Numbered from the stretch's first letter, positions 1 to 12,473 are shown. The stretch: DNA of 64,000 nt from Anolis carolinensis (GCF_035594765.1 NW_026943824.1:3305666-3369665); one strand, 5' to 3'. Notes: generated from the sequence alone by a model not told the origin. A program made the numbers and translations.

Positions 1-88
1 CTTGGGCTTAGAAATGGAGATGAGCACCAACCCCCAGAGTCAGACATGACTGGACTTAACATCAGGGAAAACGTTTACCTTTACCTTA
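1..88 (+). mobile_element. Sauria SINE 3' end (other copies at about 1672-1858, 5662-5912, 29857-30047)
   Basis: CTTAGAAATGGAGATGAGCACCAACCCCCAGAGTC...TTTACCTTTACC tail. Confidence 0.8.
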
Positions 89-2377
89 TGTTTAAAGTTG
101 TTGGAAATAGCAACCTAGAATCATAGAATCGTAGAGTTGGAAGAGACCTCACGGGCCATCCAGTCCAACCTCCTGCAAGAAGCAGGAAAAACCTTCTTCA
201 AGTCTCCACGAGTTATTTGTTATATAATCCGACAGTGAAAACAACCGGACACACATTTCCCATGAACTCAGCCTGGAGTTTTCCAATAGCACAAGTTGCC
301 AAAGGAAAAAAAGGCTCCACCTTTTTAGTACGGTAATAAAATGTACGGTAAGTAGCCCAAGGGGCAATTTTATCAAGAACAGGCATGAAAAAAGAATGTT
401 GCCCCACCATCAGGCTGCATTCCATCGCCTGCCATTTGCACCCATCCAAGGAAGACATATTTCCCCAAAGTTTCAGAGACTGGCATTGCTTTATATGGGG
501 CCTGGGGCTCTTTGCTTGCAAAACATGCTCCCTTGAAGCACCAAAGGACAGTAAAGAGACAGTTCTAGCCCAAGGCAACTTCTGGGGAGACGGCTCAGAT
601 CTCCCTGGCCGACCTCCAATGCCCAAACCACAATACGACACTGGCTCTTTATGCACTGTGGCCAGTGGAAGGGGGAAAAAACAGGAGAAATCATTTCACT
701 TGAATTCGGTCAATACATCCCTATGTGTTGCTACGTTCCGCTCCCATTTTAAGCACAGGCCACTTTGGAGACACACTGTGCTGCCGGAAAGATTTTGGTG
801 CCATTTTGGGCAACCATTGTGTTCTTAAGCAAGAAAGACCTCTTGAAAGTTGAAGACGGGTGAAAACAACAGGTATAAAACCTTCCCCACCATTTATTCC
901 CTTTCTTCCTCCTAAGCCAGTGATGGCCAACCTATGACACGCGTGTCAGCACTGACACGCCTAGCCATTTTTGCTGACACGCTTCCGCATGCAGATTGAT
1001 TGGATGACTAATGTCTTTTGTGGCCAAATTTGGTGTGATTTGGTCCAGTGGTTTTGTTGTTTACTCCATAGGAATTATGCACATTACATTTATATATAGA
1101 TATAGATTATTATATCATTCTATTATTATTATTATTATTATAGTATATTATCATATTATTACTATTATATTATTATATGATTCATTATTCATGACTACAT
1201 TGAAACTAGAATAGAGAGAAATCAGCATGGAAACTGCAAGAGGTACCATAGATTGTTGTACGCAAAGATTTTTTTCCCAAGCTTTGGCTCAGTCTCTTTG
1301 ATACACCTCCAAGAATCTTTGAGAGCAATTCCAGCCTTAACTCTCCCTGGAAGCCAAAATGATTAAATGGAGGCTATCAAACTTTGGACGCTTTATGGTA
1401 AGATGCGGCACATTAGAAATGCGTGATAAAGCAGGAGATAGTAGGTAAAGACCATCTTAATTTTGGATTTATTTAACCAGGGAGGCAATGGCTCAGAGTC
1501 TGCAAGACCTGAGCAGTCTTGGGATGATCACAAATCTGTGAGGTAGATATGCAAAACTAGTCCATGAGTCCACAGGGGTATGGAGATCCAAGGGCCACAA
1601 AAACAGTCTTATAGAGGCCAAAGTGTGCCCATTGCTATTCCAATCCACATGCATTATCCTATGTACCCCAGTCTGCAAATGTGAGTAGATCAATAGGTAC
1701 TGCTCCAGCGAGAAAATAAGGGTGCTCAGTGGCCACATGACCTAGGAGGTGTCTATGGACAACGCCGGCTCTTCGGCTTAGAAATGGAGATGAGCACCAA
1801 CCCTCAGAGTTGGACACGACTAGACTTAATGCCAGGGGGAAATTTTTACTTGTACCTTATTCCAACCCACACACCACATTATCCTATGTATCCCAATCTG
1901 GGGAAGGAAGAAGCTGCACAGATCAATTTTTTCCTCTCATTGGACTTATTCCAGTCACCGAACAGGATGGATTTGCTCAGGCTTTGTTCCTCTGTTTGAG
2001 CGAATCTCATCAATGATGTGGGGAGGAAAATATGTAAACAGATAGAGAAAAACAAAACCATTGCTGGCATGTGAACCGGCCGCAGGAACCGCATCCGCTT
2101 TGAGGAAGAACACAAACTGACTGCATCTGTCAAGTTGCTGCATCAGGACAAAAAAAACCCCACAAAGCCTATAAACATTTCATGTGTCAAAGCCTTGGAG
2201 GCACTCGCAACCATGTTGTAGTAAAGCAGAGACAAGCAACCAGGCACTTTGCACAGACTACAGTTCCCACATGCTGCAACCAAAATGGCAAATGGTAAAA
2301 TTGTGGAAGGTGCCATTCAGAATATTTGGCGCTTTTAGGGCTACATTAAGAATGTTCACCTTAACTAATAGCCAATA

Positions 2378-2895
2378 GCAATTTATTACGGTCTATGACC
2401 AGAATATATGGAAATGGGCACAGGTGCCCGAAAAGGGGAATCGCAGTTCCCATAAAAGTCAGATAAAAGAACAAGTTAAAAACATGCTATGATAAAAACA
2501 AATTAAAAGCCGACTATTAGCAGGGTCAGCTAAAAGTAAATATCGATCCACTAAGGGGGATAGAGGGAGCATTTGCAGTATTTCAGTTATAACAGATTGC
2601 TCTGGCTACAGGCCCTGTGGGGTCAGTCATCGTCCGTCTGATGGAAATTGCTGCCACACAGAACCTGGCGACACTATAGGTTATTGCAGAACAGGAGTCT
2701 GAGAGCAGCAGAGAGGTGTAGTATCTTTCAGTGCGGCCTGGATGTTTTAAAAGTCAAGGAGTGATGAAATTGATTTTAATATCTCTATAAAACATACACT
2801 GGAGGAGCACGTGCTCAATAGTTTCAATATGGCCAGACTCACAAGGGCATAGTCTCTCCGGAGCAGGGGTCTTCCGATACCTCCCCACCTTACCT
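2378..2895 (-). mobile_element. RTE-X-like LINE 3' fragment
   Basis: Reverse strand encodes GRYRKTPAPERLCPCESGHIETIEHVLLQCMFYRD. Confidence 0.65.
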
Positions 2896-2897
2896 AA

Positions 2898-3013
2898 TAG
2901 AATCATAGAATCGTAGAGTTGGAAGAGACCTCACGGGCCATCCAGTCCAACACCCTGCAAGAAGCAGGAAAATCTCATTCAAAGCACCCCCGACAGATGG
3001 CCATCCAGCCTCT
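2898..3013 (-). mobile_element. CR1 3' end fragment (others at about 117-190, 9219-9305, 10747-10800, 13399-13495)
   Basis: TAGAATCATAGAATC tail followed by CR1 3' UTR sequence. Confidence 0.75.
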
Positions 3014-3325
3014 GATATGTCAACTAGTCATGTTGGATTGAAGGTTCTGGGACTTGCAGTTCCAAAAAGTAACATTTCACATACTCTGATGATACATAGT
3101 TCCAATGTATCATCAGGACAGAGTATCCTATCTGAACTGAGACTGGGCTTGGACTGCAGTTCCCATAAACTCAAGCCAATTCAGTATCCTTCTTTCTTCC
3201 TCCAATGACCAGAAATAGTATAAACTGCAACCACAACCAGCAACTTTCCCCAAGGTGTCTCTATATAGGAGTTGTAGCACTAACATTTTCAGACAGAGAA
3301 GCAAAAGATCTTGCAAAACTACAAC

Positions 3326-3545
3326 TCCGGGCTGTGGCACAGGCTGGAGAGCAGCTGCAATGAATCACTCTGACCAGGAGGTCATGAGTTCGAGGTCCGC
3401 TCGGAGCCTATGTTTGTCTTGTCTTTGTTCTATGTTAAAGGCATTGAATGTTTGCCTATATGTGTAATGTGATCCGCCCTGAGTCCCCTTCGGGGTGAGA
3501 AGGGCGGAATATAAATGCTGTAAATAAATAAAATAATAAATAAAC
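3326..3545 (+). mobile_element. tRNA-derived SINE with LINE-type stem-loop and (TAAA)n tail
   Basis: B-box-like GAGTTCGAGG; 3' CCGCCCTGAGTCCCCTTCGGGG...AAATAAATAAA shared with many short tails in the window. Confidence 0.6.
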
Positions 3546-5353
3546 TCCAAGGATTCTATAGCAGTTCAAGTGGTGTCAAACTGCATTCATTCTACAGTGT
3601 AGATATACCCAACATGAACATGGTTTAAATGTGTGATGGGAGCCAGTTTTTCAGAGCTGTGGACTCACTCCTTCTAGGAGACAGTGGCCAAAGGGATTCA
3701 GTAGAAACCTTGTAGGAAAAACATAAAACTGAATGAGAGGACTCCACAGACGGTTGTCAACAAGCAAAAAGCACTAAGATGCCATTTCACAGACTCGGCT
3801 GGGACAAACTAGCCACAGAGTGTTCTCTCAGCAACCAAACCACAGCTAATCTTGGTTTCCAGGTGCAGGTGTAAATATAATCCATGTTTGCAAGTCGACA
3901 TTTGTCGCCCTAGTGATGTGGGTTTGTCTGGAGGAGAATTGGAACATTTTGCATTAGAATACGTTATTTGAGATTTGGCTCTGGTTCGTCACCAAAACTT
4001 TGCCAACTAACTTCAAACCTGATTCCTGCTTATCGTGACAGCATAAATGAGAGAACTCCAAGTCACACTATTACCAAGAACCTGACTCAGGGCTTGAAGA
4101 TTGAGAGAAGGCACGGCTTTCTTGGTGGAATTTATCCATCTGTACTGAAGTTTTTATTTATTACCTTCCACCTTTGCAAGCACAATCCTAACAAATGCTT
4201 AGGCAAGACCCTTAAATATCTTTGCACTTGCCCAGGACAGTATGGGTTTCTGTTATGCTTGAAAGGCACTGTGCCTTTCAATCCATTTGGGAGGCTTTCT
4301 GCCATGTTTTGGGACACAAAGCTCCCCAAAATCATATGATACAAGTGTGGTTGGTACTTATGGAGAAAGATTTAAAGGGTCACCAACATGACAAGTTGCT
4401 TGTCATGCTTGTTACTTTACTTTGTGCTACTGTTTTGAAAATATCCCTTTTAGGATTGGTAACAAAAGAGCATAAAAGTTGCAAAAACAAATTCCTCGAA
4501 TAGCTCTGAAGAAGCACATGATTCTGTGCCTGAGATCATAGAGGGTTGTTTTTGGTGAGATTAGACAACCCTGGGCTCCATAAACAAGTACTATAAAGCA
4601 GTTCTTCCAAAATAACAGTCAAGTTACTGAAAATTATCAAAACCAAAGAGAATTTTTCCAGTGTGATTTTCTGGGGCAATTACATGACCCATCTCCATTA
4701 TCCGTTATGGAATACTGGACTGAATATCTCAATTCAAAGCCTTTGAAGCCAAGTGAGGTTTCTTTAGCACACTGAATAGTTGAGTCTAGAGTCTGTCTTT
4801 AAAAGGTCAGCTTTTAAAGGCAAGAGAGATGAATCAAGGACTTCATGGAAGCCTTCTTAGATTCATAGGTATTTGACAATATTTGATCATGGCCAAATCA
4901 CTTTGGAGAGTTGATGCTATTCTGGCCAAGCATTGCGAATATGCCAATGTGGCTTGGTATGAGGATGGTGAAATTGTAACTTGTTGCAGCAGTTGACGGG
5001 AAGAAGTGCAAAGGAGGAGTTATGTCACACTTTAGGGAAGTTATTCCCGCAACAACGGTGGAATGGCCAAAAGTAACTAACCACAAGGCTAGGACTTTTC
5101 TTCTCTGTTGTAAGTTGCTACATGGCCATTCCGGTCGCTGTTATTACATTTGTAATAGATGGAGACACCTGTAAGAATGTTCTATTCTTTGGTAACCTCT
5201 GGAACTGTTGGTTCTCCAGATGTTCTGCACCAGGAATTGTGTAAACCAGCGACAACTAGAGAGTCAAACATCTCATTCCCATGCTTCTTATGCTCCCATT
5301 TCTCGGTTTTGAGGAATGGAGAGTTTGGAATGGCCTTTCAAATCCTTGGTTAA

Positions 5354-5471
5354 GAGTCGTTAGCTGCCCCTGGTTCCCATGTCTGGAACTTCTCTATTTT
5401 CAGAGTTCCAGACAGGAGAACCAGGGGCAGCAAACAAAGGATGTTGGGAGGTGTTTCTAGTTTCCAGCATA

Positions 5472-5517
<46 letters not shown>

Positions 5518-6189
5518 GTTTATTTGTATCCCACCACCATCTCAAGGCGGCTCACAGAAATATCAAATGCAAAACAATAACAATATACAATACATCAATA
5601 AACAATAATAATAAACAGCTCAGCAGTTTAACCCGCTGCACCATCAGGGACTCCCTGTTTAGAGTCCCTGATGGTGCAGCGGGTTAAACTGCTGAGCTGC
5701 TGAACTTGCTAACCGAAAAGTTGGCAGTTCGAATCCGGGGAACGGAGTAAGCCCCCGCTGTTAGCCCCAGCTTCTGCCAACCTAGCAGTTTGAAAACATG
5801 CAAATGTGAGTAGATCGATAGGTACTGCTTCTGTGGGATGGTAACAGTGCTCCATGCAGTCATGCTGGCCACATGACCTAGGAGGGGTCTACGGACAGCG
5901 CTGGCTCTTTAGCTCTCTCCTGATGTTCCGCCCACATCTGTGGCAGGCATCCTCAGAGGTTGTGAGGTATGCTTATAATGTGCACTTTGCTAATCTATTA
6001 TTACAACCTCACTGTTTTTAAATTCTATGTTTTTAATAAGTGTGTTTTTATTCTTTTTGGTTAATGTGCAAATATTACAACTGGTGCATATTATTGTTTA
6101 TTGATGTATTGATGTATTGTATATTGTTATTGTTTTGCATTTGATATTTCTGTGAGCCGCCTTAGGATGGTGGTGGGATACAAATAAAC

Positions 6190-6238
<49 letters not shown>

Positions 6239-6357
6239 TATGCTGGAAACTAGAAACACCTCCCAACATCCTTTGTTTGCTGCCCCTGGTTCTCATATCT
6301 GGAACTCTGAAAATAGAGAAGTTCCAGACATGGGAACCAGGGGCAGCTAACGACTCT
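5354..6357. repeat. Long inverted duplication (arms about 5354-5610 and 6090-6357)
   Basis: Near-identical reverse-complement arms that include a (TAA)n tract. Confidence 0.85.
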
Positions 6358-6484
6358 GAACAAAGGATGCCCCCAGGCAGGAAGAAGCCAGGATATGAAG
6401 CTATTCAATGCTGATTAAGGTGATTAACTACACATTCACACTAGCCTCCAACTGACAAGAGTTCTTCCCTCACCCTGGACTTTC

Positions 6485-6533
<49 letters not shown>

Positions 6534-7330
6534 TAGAGTCTCACTTATCCAACATAAACGGGCTGGCAGAAGCTTGGATAAGCAAATATGTTGGATAATA
6601 AGGAGGGATTAAGGAAAAGCCTATTAAACATCAAATTAGGTTATGATTTTACAAATTAAGCACCAAAACATCATGTTATACAACAAATTTGACAGAAAAA
6701 GTAGTTCAATACACAGTAATGCTATGTAGTAATAACTGTATTTACGAATTTAGCACCAAAATATCACGATATATTGAAAACATTTTTTTAATTTATGTAT
6801 TTATTTCAATTATTTATACTCTGCGCTTCTCACCCGAGGGGACTCAGGGCGGCTTACAAGTGGCAATTGATGCTGTTACACTGTTATACAATGAACTAAA
6901 GTGTTAAAACAGTTAAAACAGTCATAAAATACAATATACAAAGTTTAAAACAATGCAAAGTGCTTATGCCATTCATCCACCAGACCTTATACCTTATCAC
7001 GATATATTGAAAACATTGACTACAAAATGTGTTGGATAATCGAGAACGTTGGATAAGCGAGTGCTGGATAAATGAGACTCTACTTGTATATATATATATA
7101 TATATATACTTATCCAACATAAATGGGCTGGCAGAAGCTTGGATAAGCGAATATGTTGGATAATAAGGAGGGATTAAGGAAAAGCCTATTAAACATCAAA
7201 TTAGGTTATGATTTTACAAATTAAGCACCAAAACATCATGTTATACTAGCCTCCAACTGACAAGTTTTTCTCTCGCCCTGGACTTTCCACAGATATATAT
7301 ATAAACCTTCCTTGCTGAGTTTCTCCATAC

Positions 7331-7382
7331 CTCACAACCTCTGAGGATGCCTGCCATAGATGTGGGCGAAACGTCAGGAGAG
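7331..7382 (+). ncRNA. Minimal type I hammerhead ribozyme motif (Penelope-associated), tandem copy 1
   Basis: CCU-CUGAGGA-U-GCCUGC[CAUAGAU]GUGGGC-GAAAC-GUC-AGG; stems I and II pair; helix III is reduced to palindromic ACGU. Confidence 0.8.
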
Positions 7383-7540
7383 AATGCTTCTAGAACATGG
7401 CCATACAGTCCAGAAAATATTCAACAACCCTGATTAACTACAACGTTCACACTGGCCTCCAACTGACAAGAGTTCTTCTCTCACCCTGGACTTTCCACAG
7501 ATATATATATATAAACCTTCCTTGCTGAGTTTCTCCATAC

Positions 7541-7592
7541 CTCACAACCTCTGAGGATGCCTGCCATAGATGTGGGCGAAACGTCAGGAGAG
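7541..7592 (+). ncRNA. Minimal hammerhead ribozyme motif, tandem copy 2
   Basis: Identical core 210 bp downstream of copy 1. Confidence 0.8.
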
Positions 7593-7750
7593 AATGCTTC
7601 TGGAACATGGCCATACAGCCCAGAAAATATTCAACAACCCTGATTAACTACAACATTCACACTGGCCTCCAACTGACAAGAGTTCTTCTCTCACCCTGGA
7701 CTTTCCACAGATATATATATATAAACCTTCCTTGCTGAGTTTCTCCATAC

Positions 7751-7802
7751 CTCACAACCTCTGAGGATGCCTGCCATAGATGTGGGCGAAACGTCAGGAG
7801 AG
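7751..7802 (+). ncRNA. Minimal hammerhead ribozyme motif, tandem copy 3
   Basis: Identical core 210 bp downstream of copy 2. Confidence 0.8.
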
Positions 7803-7989
7803 AATGCTTCTGGAACATGGCCAGACAGAACGGAAAACATACAAGAACCAAGGTCAAAAGAGAAGGCCCATCTTTCCAGTTGGGAAGAAAGCGACAAGGG
7901 AGACAAAGGGGTCTGTCTGTCTCCAAGGCTCTTGTGCCAAGCTGGAGTGGGTGAGATCCCCAGAGAAATGGTCACCTCACCCACTTCCC

Positions 7990-8520
7990 CCTCCTCCTTT
8001 TCCGAGGGCGAGGCTGGCACCCACGTGGGGATCTCGGAGGGGGAAACAGGGGGGTCTAGAAGGTCCCCAGGCTCTTCCTCCAAGGCTCTTCTTACCCATT
8101 ACGCACCGCATTTTACGCACGGCTTTTTACGCACCGCTTCTCCGGCTCCGCCCGCCTCTCCTGCTGCTTCTCCGGCCTCGTCGAGGGATGCTCGGGTCCT
8201 CCCGCAACCGAGGCCCCTCCCGGGCCCCGGCCAGCCCCACGGCTCCTCCCCCGTCTCGCGAGAAAGACCCACCACCGAAGGAGGAGGAGGAGGAGGAAGG
8301 CTGCAGAGGAGGCTGAGCTCTCCAAATGCTCCGCCCGCCGCCTTCCAAGAGGGGAGAGGCCCACAGACACCCTTTTCCCTCGGCTAGGAGTTCGGATTTG
8401 GGGGCCACCGAATCGGAGAGACTCCAAGAGTCGAATCCCTTGCTCCAGGAAGGATTTCCAGCTCCAAAGGGGTGCAGGGGATGCAAACCGCATCAGAGGA
8501 TGCAAACCCATGCAGGGGAT
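7990..8520 (-). promoter_or_regulatory. Orphan CpG island; probable promoter and non-coding first exon of a minus-strand gene (CHST12 expected by synteny)
   Basis: CpG-dense; strong minus-strand donor TGG|GTAAGA at 8094-8095; gene identity inferred only from vertebrate gene order. Confidence 0.5.
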
Positions 8521-8586
8521 GCAAACCCATCATCTCCCTTCAACTGTGGTGCCCAAAATTGGACACAGTATTCCAGGTGTGGTCTA

Positions 8587-9130
8587 TTCTGCCTTGGTCA
8601 GACCACACCTGGAATCACACTGTGTCCAATTTTGGGCACCACAGTTGAAGGGAGATGTTGACAAGCTGGAAAGCGTCCAGAGGAGGGCGACTAAAATGAT
8701 TAAGGGTCTGGAGAACAAGCCCTATAAGGAGCGGCTTAAAGAGCTGGGCATGTTTAGCCTGCAGAAGAGAAGGCTGAGAGGAGACATGATAGCCATGTAT
8801 AAATATGTGAAGGGAAGTCATAGGGAAGAGGGAGCAAGCTTGTTTTCTGCTGCCCTGCAGACTAGGACACAAGGGAACAAGGGCTTCAAACTACAGGAAA
8901 GGAGATTCCACCTGAACATCAGGAAGAACTTCCTCACTGTGAGAAGGGCTGTTCACCAGTGGAACTCTCTCCCCGGGGCCGTGGTGGAGGCTCCTTCCTT
9001 GGAGGCTTTTAAGCAGAGGCTGGATGGCCATCTGTCGGGGGTGCTTTGAATGCGATTTCCTGCTTCTTAGCAGGGGGTTGGACTAGATGGCCCATGTGGT
9101 CTCTTCCAACTCTACTATTCTATGATTCTA
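8587..9130 (+). mobile_element. 5'-truncated CR1 LINE (ORF2 C-terminus and 3' UTR)
   Basis: [35 protein letters not shown] is typical CR1 ORF2; ends in a TTCTATGATTCTA tail. Confidence 0.9.
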
Positions 9131-9324
9131 GAGGAAGAAATGGCACCAAGTCCCTGAGCTATCAAATGCTTGGGCAGCCTTTCAACAGCAGTTCTATTGC
9201 AGGAAAGAACAGAAGCATAGAATAATAGAGTTGGGCCATCTAGTCCAACCCCACGCCATGCAGGAAAGGCACAAAGTATCCCTGATAGATGGCCATCCAG
9301 CCTCTGTATAAAGCTCATCCAGGT

Positions 9325-9575
9325 TGGTTCATCAAGGCTGACTTCTCTGGTTAGCCTATTAATTGACAACACAGAAATGTTGGACCACTCTTAACCACCA
9401 TGTCAGGCTACACAGAGAAGCCATTGAAATCCACAAGAAGCATGTGGACAATTTCAACAGAAAGGAGGAAACAATGAAAATGAATCAAATCTGGCTACCC
9501 GTGTTTAAAAAATTCTAAAATCAGGACAATAAATAAAAAAAACAACACTCTCAAAACAGGGGAATTCCAGATAAG
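9325..9575 (+). mobile_element. Penelope-like element fragment (GIY-YIG endonuclease C-terminus)
   Basis: Translates as NHHVRLHREAIEIHKKHVDNFNRKEETMKMNQIWLPVFK. Confidence 0.75.
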
Positions 9576-9617
9576 ACCTTGTTTTCTCAAATCAATACAT
9601 GCTAGACTTGGAATATT

Positions 9618-9648
<31 letters not shown>

Positions 9649-10266
9649 CTTTATTCTTATACCCCGCCCCATCTCCCAAAAGGGACTCGGGGCAGCTTAC
9701 ATGGGGCCATGCCCAACACAACAATAAAACAACAACAGCAAAACAATAAATATATCAACAAAAAAAATCAGCATCAATAACAATAATAATAACTTTTATA
9801 ATAATAACTTTATTTTTGCACCCCACCTTCATCTCTCCGAAGGGACTCAGGACGGCATACATATGACACAAGGTGCTGAAAACAACTCATAGAATAAACA
9901 CATAGTACAATACAAATAAAACCACTAGTATTTAAAACAACAGTTTGAACTCAAAGCAGTGCCAATAACCTATAGTGTCATCTGTCGTAAAAACATGGCC
10001 AACTGTAAACAAAAAGAAAGGGATAGTACAAGTTGTAGCTATGGAACGAGAATTAGATAAACGTTCTGTGCTGTATCATAATTGCCACCAAGCCACTCAC
10101 CCATTTAAAGAGATGACTATAATATGTTTTATCTTTCAAATAATTTTTATCAAAGCATATTCGCATTATGAACTTCACCGGTTATCTTTTGTTTAAGCAT
10201 ATCACTTGGTTAAACAAAAGACTTGTGGGATCTCTACCTGATATATTGCCTGATTATATAGAATCA

Positions 10267-10744
10267 CTAGCTGTGCCCGGCCACGCGTTGCTGTGGCAAA
10301 GTGGTGGTGGTATTGGTTAAAAATTCTTGTGTAATTTTTATTTGACGTTATTTGTATTTTTAAATTAATTTTATTGTAAGTTATCTTTTTATTTATTATA
10401 TTTTATTATTATCTTGTATTATTTTTAGTTATTTTCTGTTATTATAGTATTTTATTGTATTAATTTTTTAGTGTTTTTAATTATTTTTTAGTGTTTTTTT
10501 ATTTTTATTTTTATTGGGTTGCTAGGAGACCAAGTTGGAGGAGCTTAGCCTTCTAACTGGCAGCAATTGGATAAAAGCAATTATTCCTCTCCCTCTAATT
10601 AGGACTTTATTTTTCTTTTCTTTTTGCTGTATCAATCTAGAGCCGTGGATGATGGGTTGCTTTGTCAAATTTCGAGGTTGGGGGGCCTGTAGTTTTGTTG
10701 TTTTGTCTGGTGCCGTGATTCCATCACTCTTTTATATATATAGA
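10267..10744 (-). mobile_element. Non-autonomous Helitron
   Basis: Minus strand starts A|TCTATATAT and ends CTAG|T, with a GCCAC...GTGGC hairpin about 10 nt from the 3' end; no TSD. Confidence 0.8.
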
Positions 10745-11918
10745 TAAGAGTTGGAAGAGCCCACATGTGCCATCTAGTCCAACCTCCTGCCATCCAGGGA
10801 AAGCACTTTTGGGAAATGGAGAGCTCCTAATTGCTTGTTCAGAATATTTCCAAATACTTTCCATTACAACAGTCTATTATTGTTGGAGTAGGGGTGAGGA
10901 AAGCCATGTCTCCTGTGAATTAAAGATTGCAGGGGGATCTTGGGTGAGACGGCAGACGATGTTGTCTTTGCTTCTAAATCCAGATGTCTGATTGCTCCAG
11001 CCCTGTCAGCCTTGGCTTCCCTCCACCATCGGAAACCTCTCCTCCTCACCAGACCCACCCAAGGCTGGAAATGTCAACTTGTTGACGTTTCTCCTCTTCT
11101 TCCAGACTCCTTGTGACTTGCGCCTTTGCAAGAATGTCTTGACAATTTGTACATCTCGAAGAACATAAACTTCGGGCTCAGAGCACTGACTTGGACATTT
11201 GAACTCCAGTAACCGGAGCCAGGTGCAAACGGGTGGCGAGAACGAAGGAACAAGGGTGCCTCTCAGTACAAACTCGGCCTGTGTCCGTTTTCAGAAGCTG
11301 TGCCATGTTGAACTCACACTTCTTTCAATCTCACAGATACATTATTTCAGTTTCCTAATGGAAATCTGGAAGGATCTCTCTGTTGCTGCTGTTGTGGATA
11401 CACAGTTGGACCTCAGCAATGCTCAGTGATCTTCCACTACTTTAGCCCACTCTGTTGTAAATGCGGCATTTTAATCCGACCCGGAGGAGCCAAGAGTGTT
11501 TGGAGTCTCTCCATCTGGGATGAAGGACTCCTCTGTTCGGCTTCATTCACCGAGTCCTCCATTCACCCTGCCATGTTCCAGAAAGTGTTCTTTCCCCGCT
11601 CTCCTAGTCCCCAGCCTCCTGGGTAAACTCAATCCCTCTTCTGTGACTTCCTTCGATCACTTTCATGCTTCAGATACTTCCTGACCAAATCCCCTCCTGG
11701 TTGGTTGTCTCGTTCCTCCTCTCATATCCAGTTGGCACAACTCTCTGATGCAAGTGGAGTTTCCCACTGAAATCTATGGCTTCGCATTGATTTGGCATTG
11801 GGTGGTGTTTGTGGTGTGGAGATAAGTGTTCTTCTATGTGTTGTCGAAGGCTTTCATGGCCGGGATCACAGGGTTGTTGTATGTCTTTCGGGCTGTGTGG
11901 CCATGTTCCAGAAGTATT

Positions 11919-11970
11919 CTCTCCTGACGTTTCGCCCACATCTATGGCAGGCATCCTCAGAGGTTGTGAG
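11919..11970 (-). ncRNA. Minimal hammerhead ribozyme motif in inverted Penelope pLTR
   Basis: Reverse complement carries the intact CUGAGGA...GAAACGUC-AGG core. Confidence 0.72.
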
Positions 11971-12421
11971 GTATGGATAAACTAAGTAAGGAAAGGAAAG
12001 AATATATATATCTGTGTATATATATGTGGCAAGAGTCCTTTGTCACTGGGAGCCAGCATTAATGTTTCAGTTAATCACCCTAATTAGCATTGGAAATGTT
12101 TTGTCAGACTACACAGAGAAGCCATTGAAATCCACAAGCATGTGGACAACTTCAACAGAAAGGAAGAAACCATGAAAATGAACAAAATCTGGCTACAAGT
12201 ATTTAGAAAACTCCAAAATCAAAACAGTAGATGGGAACCAACACTCTGAGGGCTTGACTGAACAAAGGATGCCCCCAGGCAAGAGACAAAACATTTCCAA
12301 TGCTAATTAGGGTGATTAACTGAAACATTAATGCTGGCTCCCAGTGACAAAGGACTCTTGCCGCACCCAGGACTCTACACAGATATATATTCTTTCCTTT
12401 CCTTACTTAGTTTATCCACAC

Positions 12422-12473
12422 CTCACAACCTCTGAGGATGCCTGCCATAGATGTGGGCGAAACGTCAGGAGAG
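12422..12473 (+). ncRNA. Minimal hammerhead ribozyme motif in Penelope pLTR
   Basis: Intact core and stems. Confidence 0.72.

Larger units (their letters stand above)
7246..7823 (+). repeat. Tandem array of a 210-bp Penelope pLTR-derived unit (about 2.75 copies)
   Basis: CTCACAACCTCTGAGGATGC recurs at 7331, 7541 and 7751; units are nearly identical. Confidence 0.9.

Noticed and set aside
5662-5760. tRNA-like A/B boxes (also about 3330-3400 and 24000-24035)
   Set aside because: These are SINE heads; no complete cloverleaf
7246-7823. Regularly spaced repeats (also 29409-29800 and 31797-32510) considered as CRISPR-like arrays
   Set aside because: Whole units are repeated with no unique spacers; eukaryotic transposon origin; no cas genes
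7767-8661. Several 110-206 aa ORFs across the CpG island
   Set aside because: GC-rich sequence depleted of stop codons; low-complexity translations starting in repeats
8510-9049. 179-aa ORF as a host gene
   Set aside because: It is the C-terminus of CR1 ORF2 from a truncated LINE
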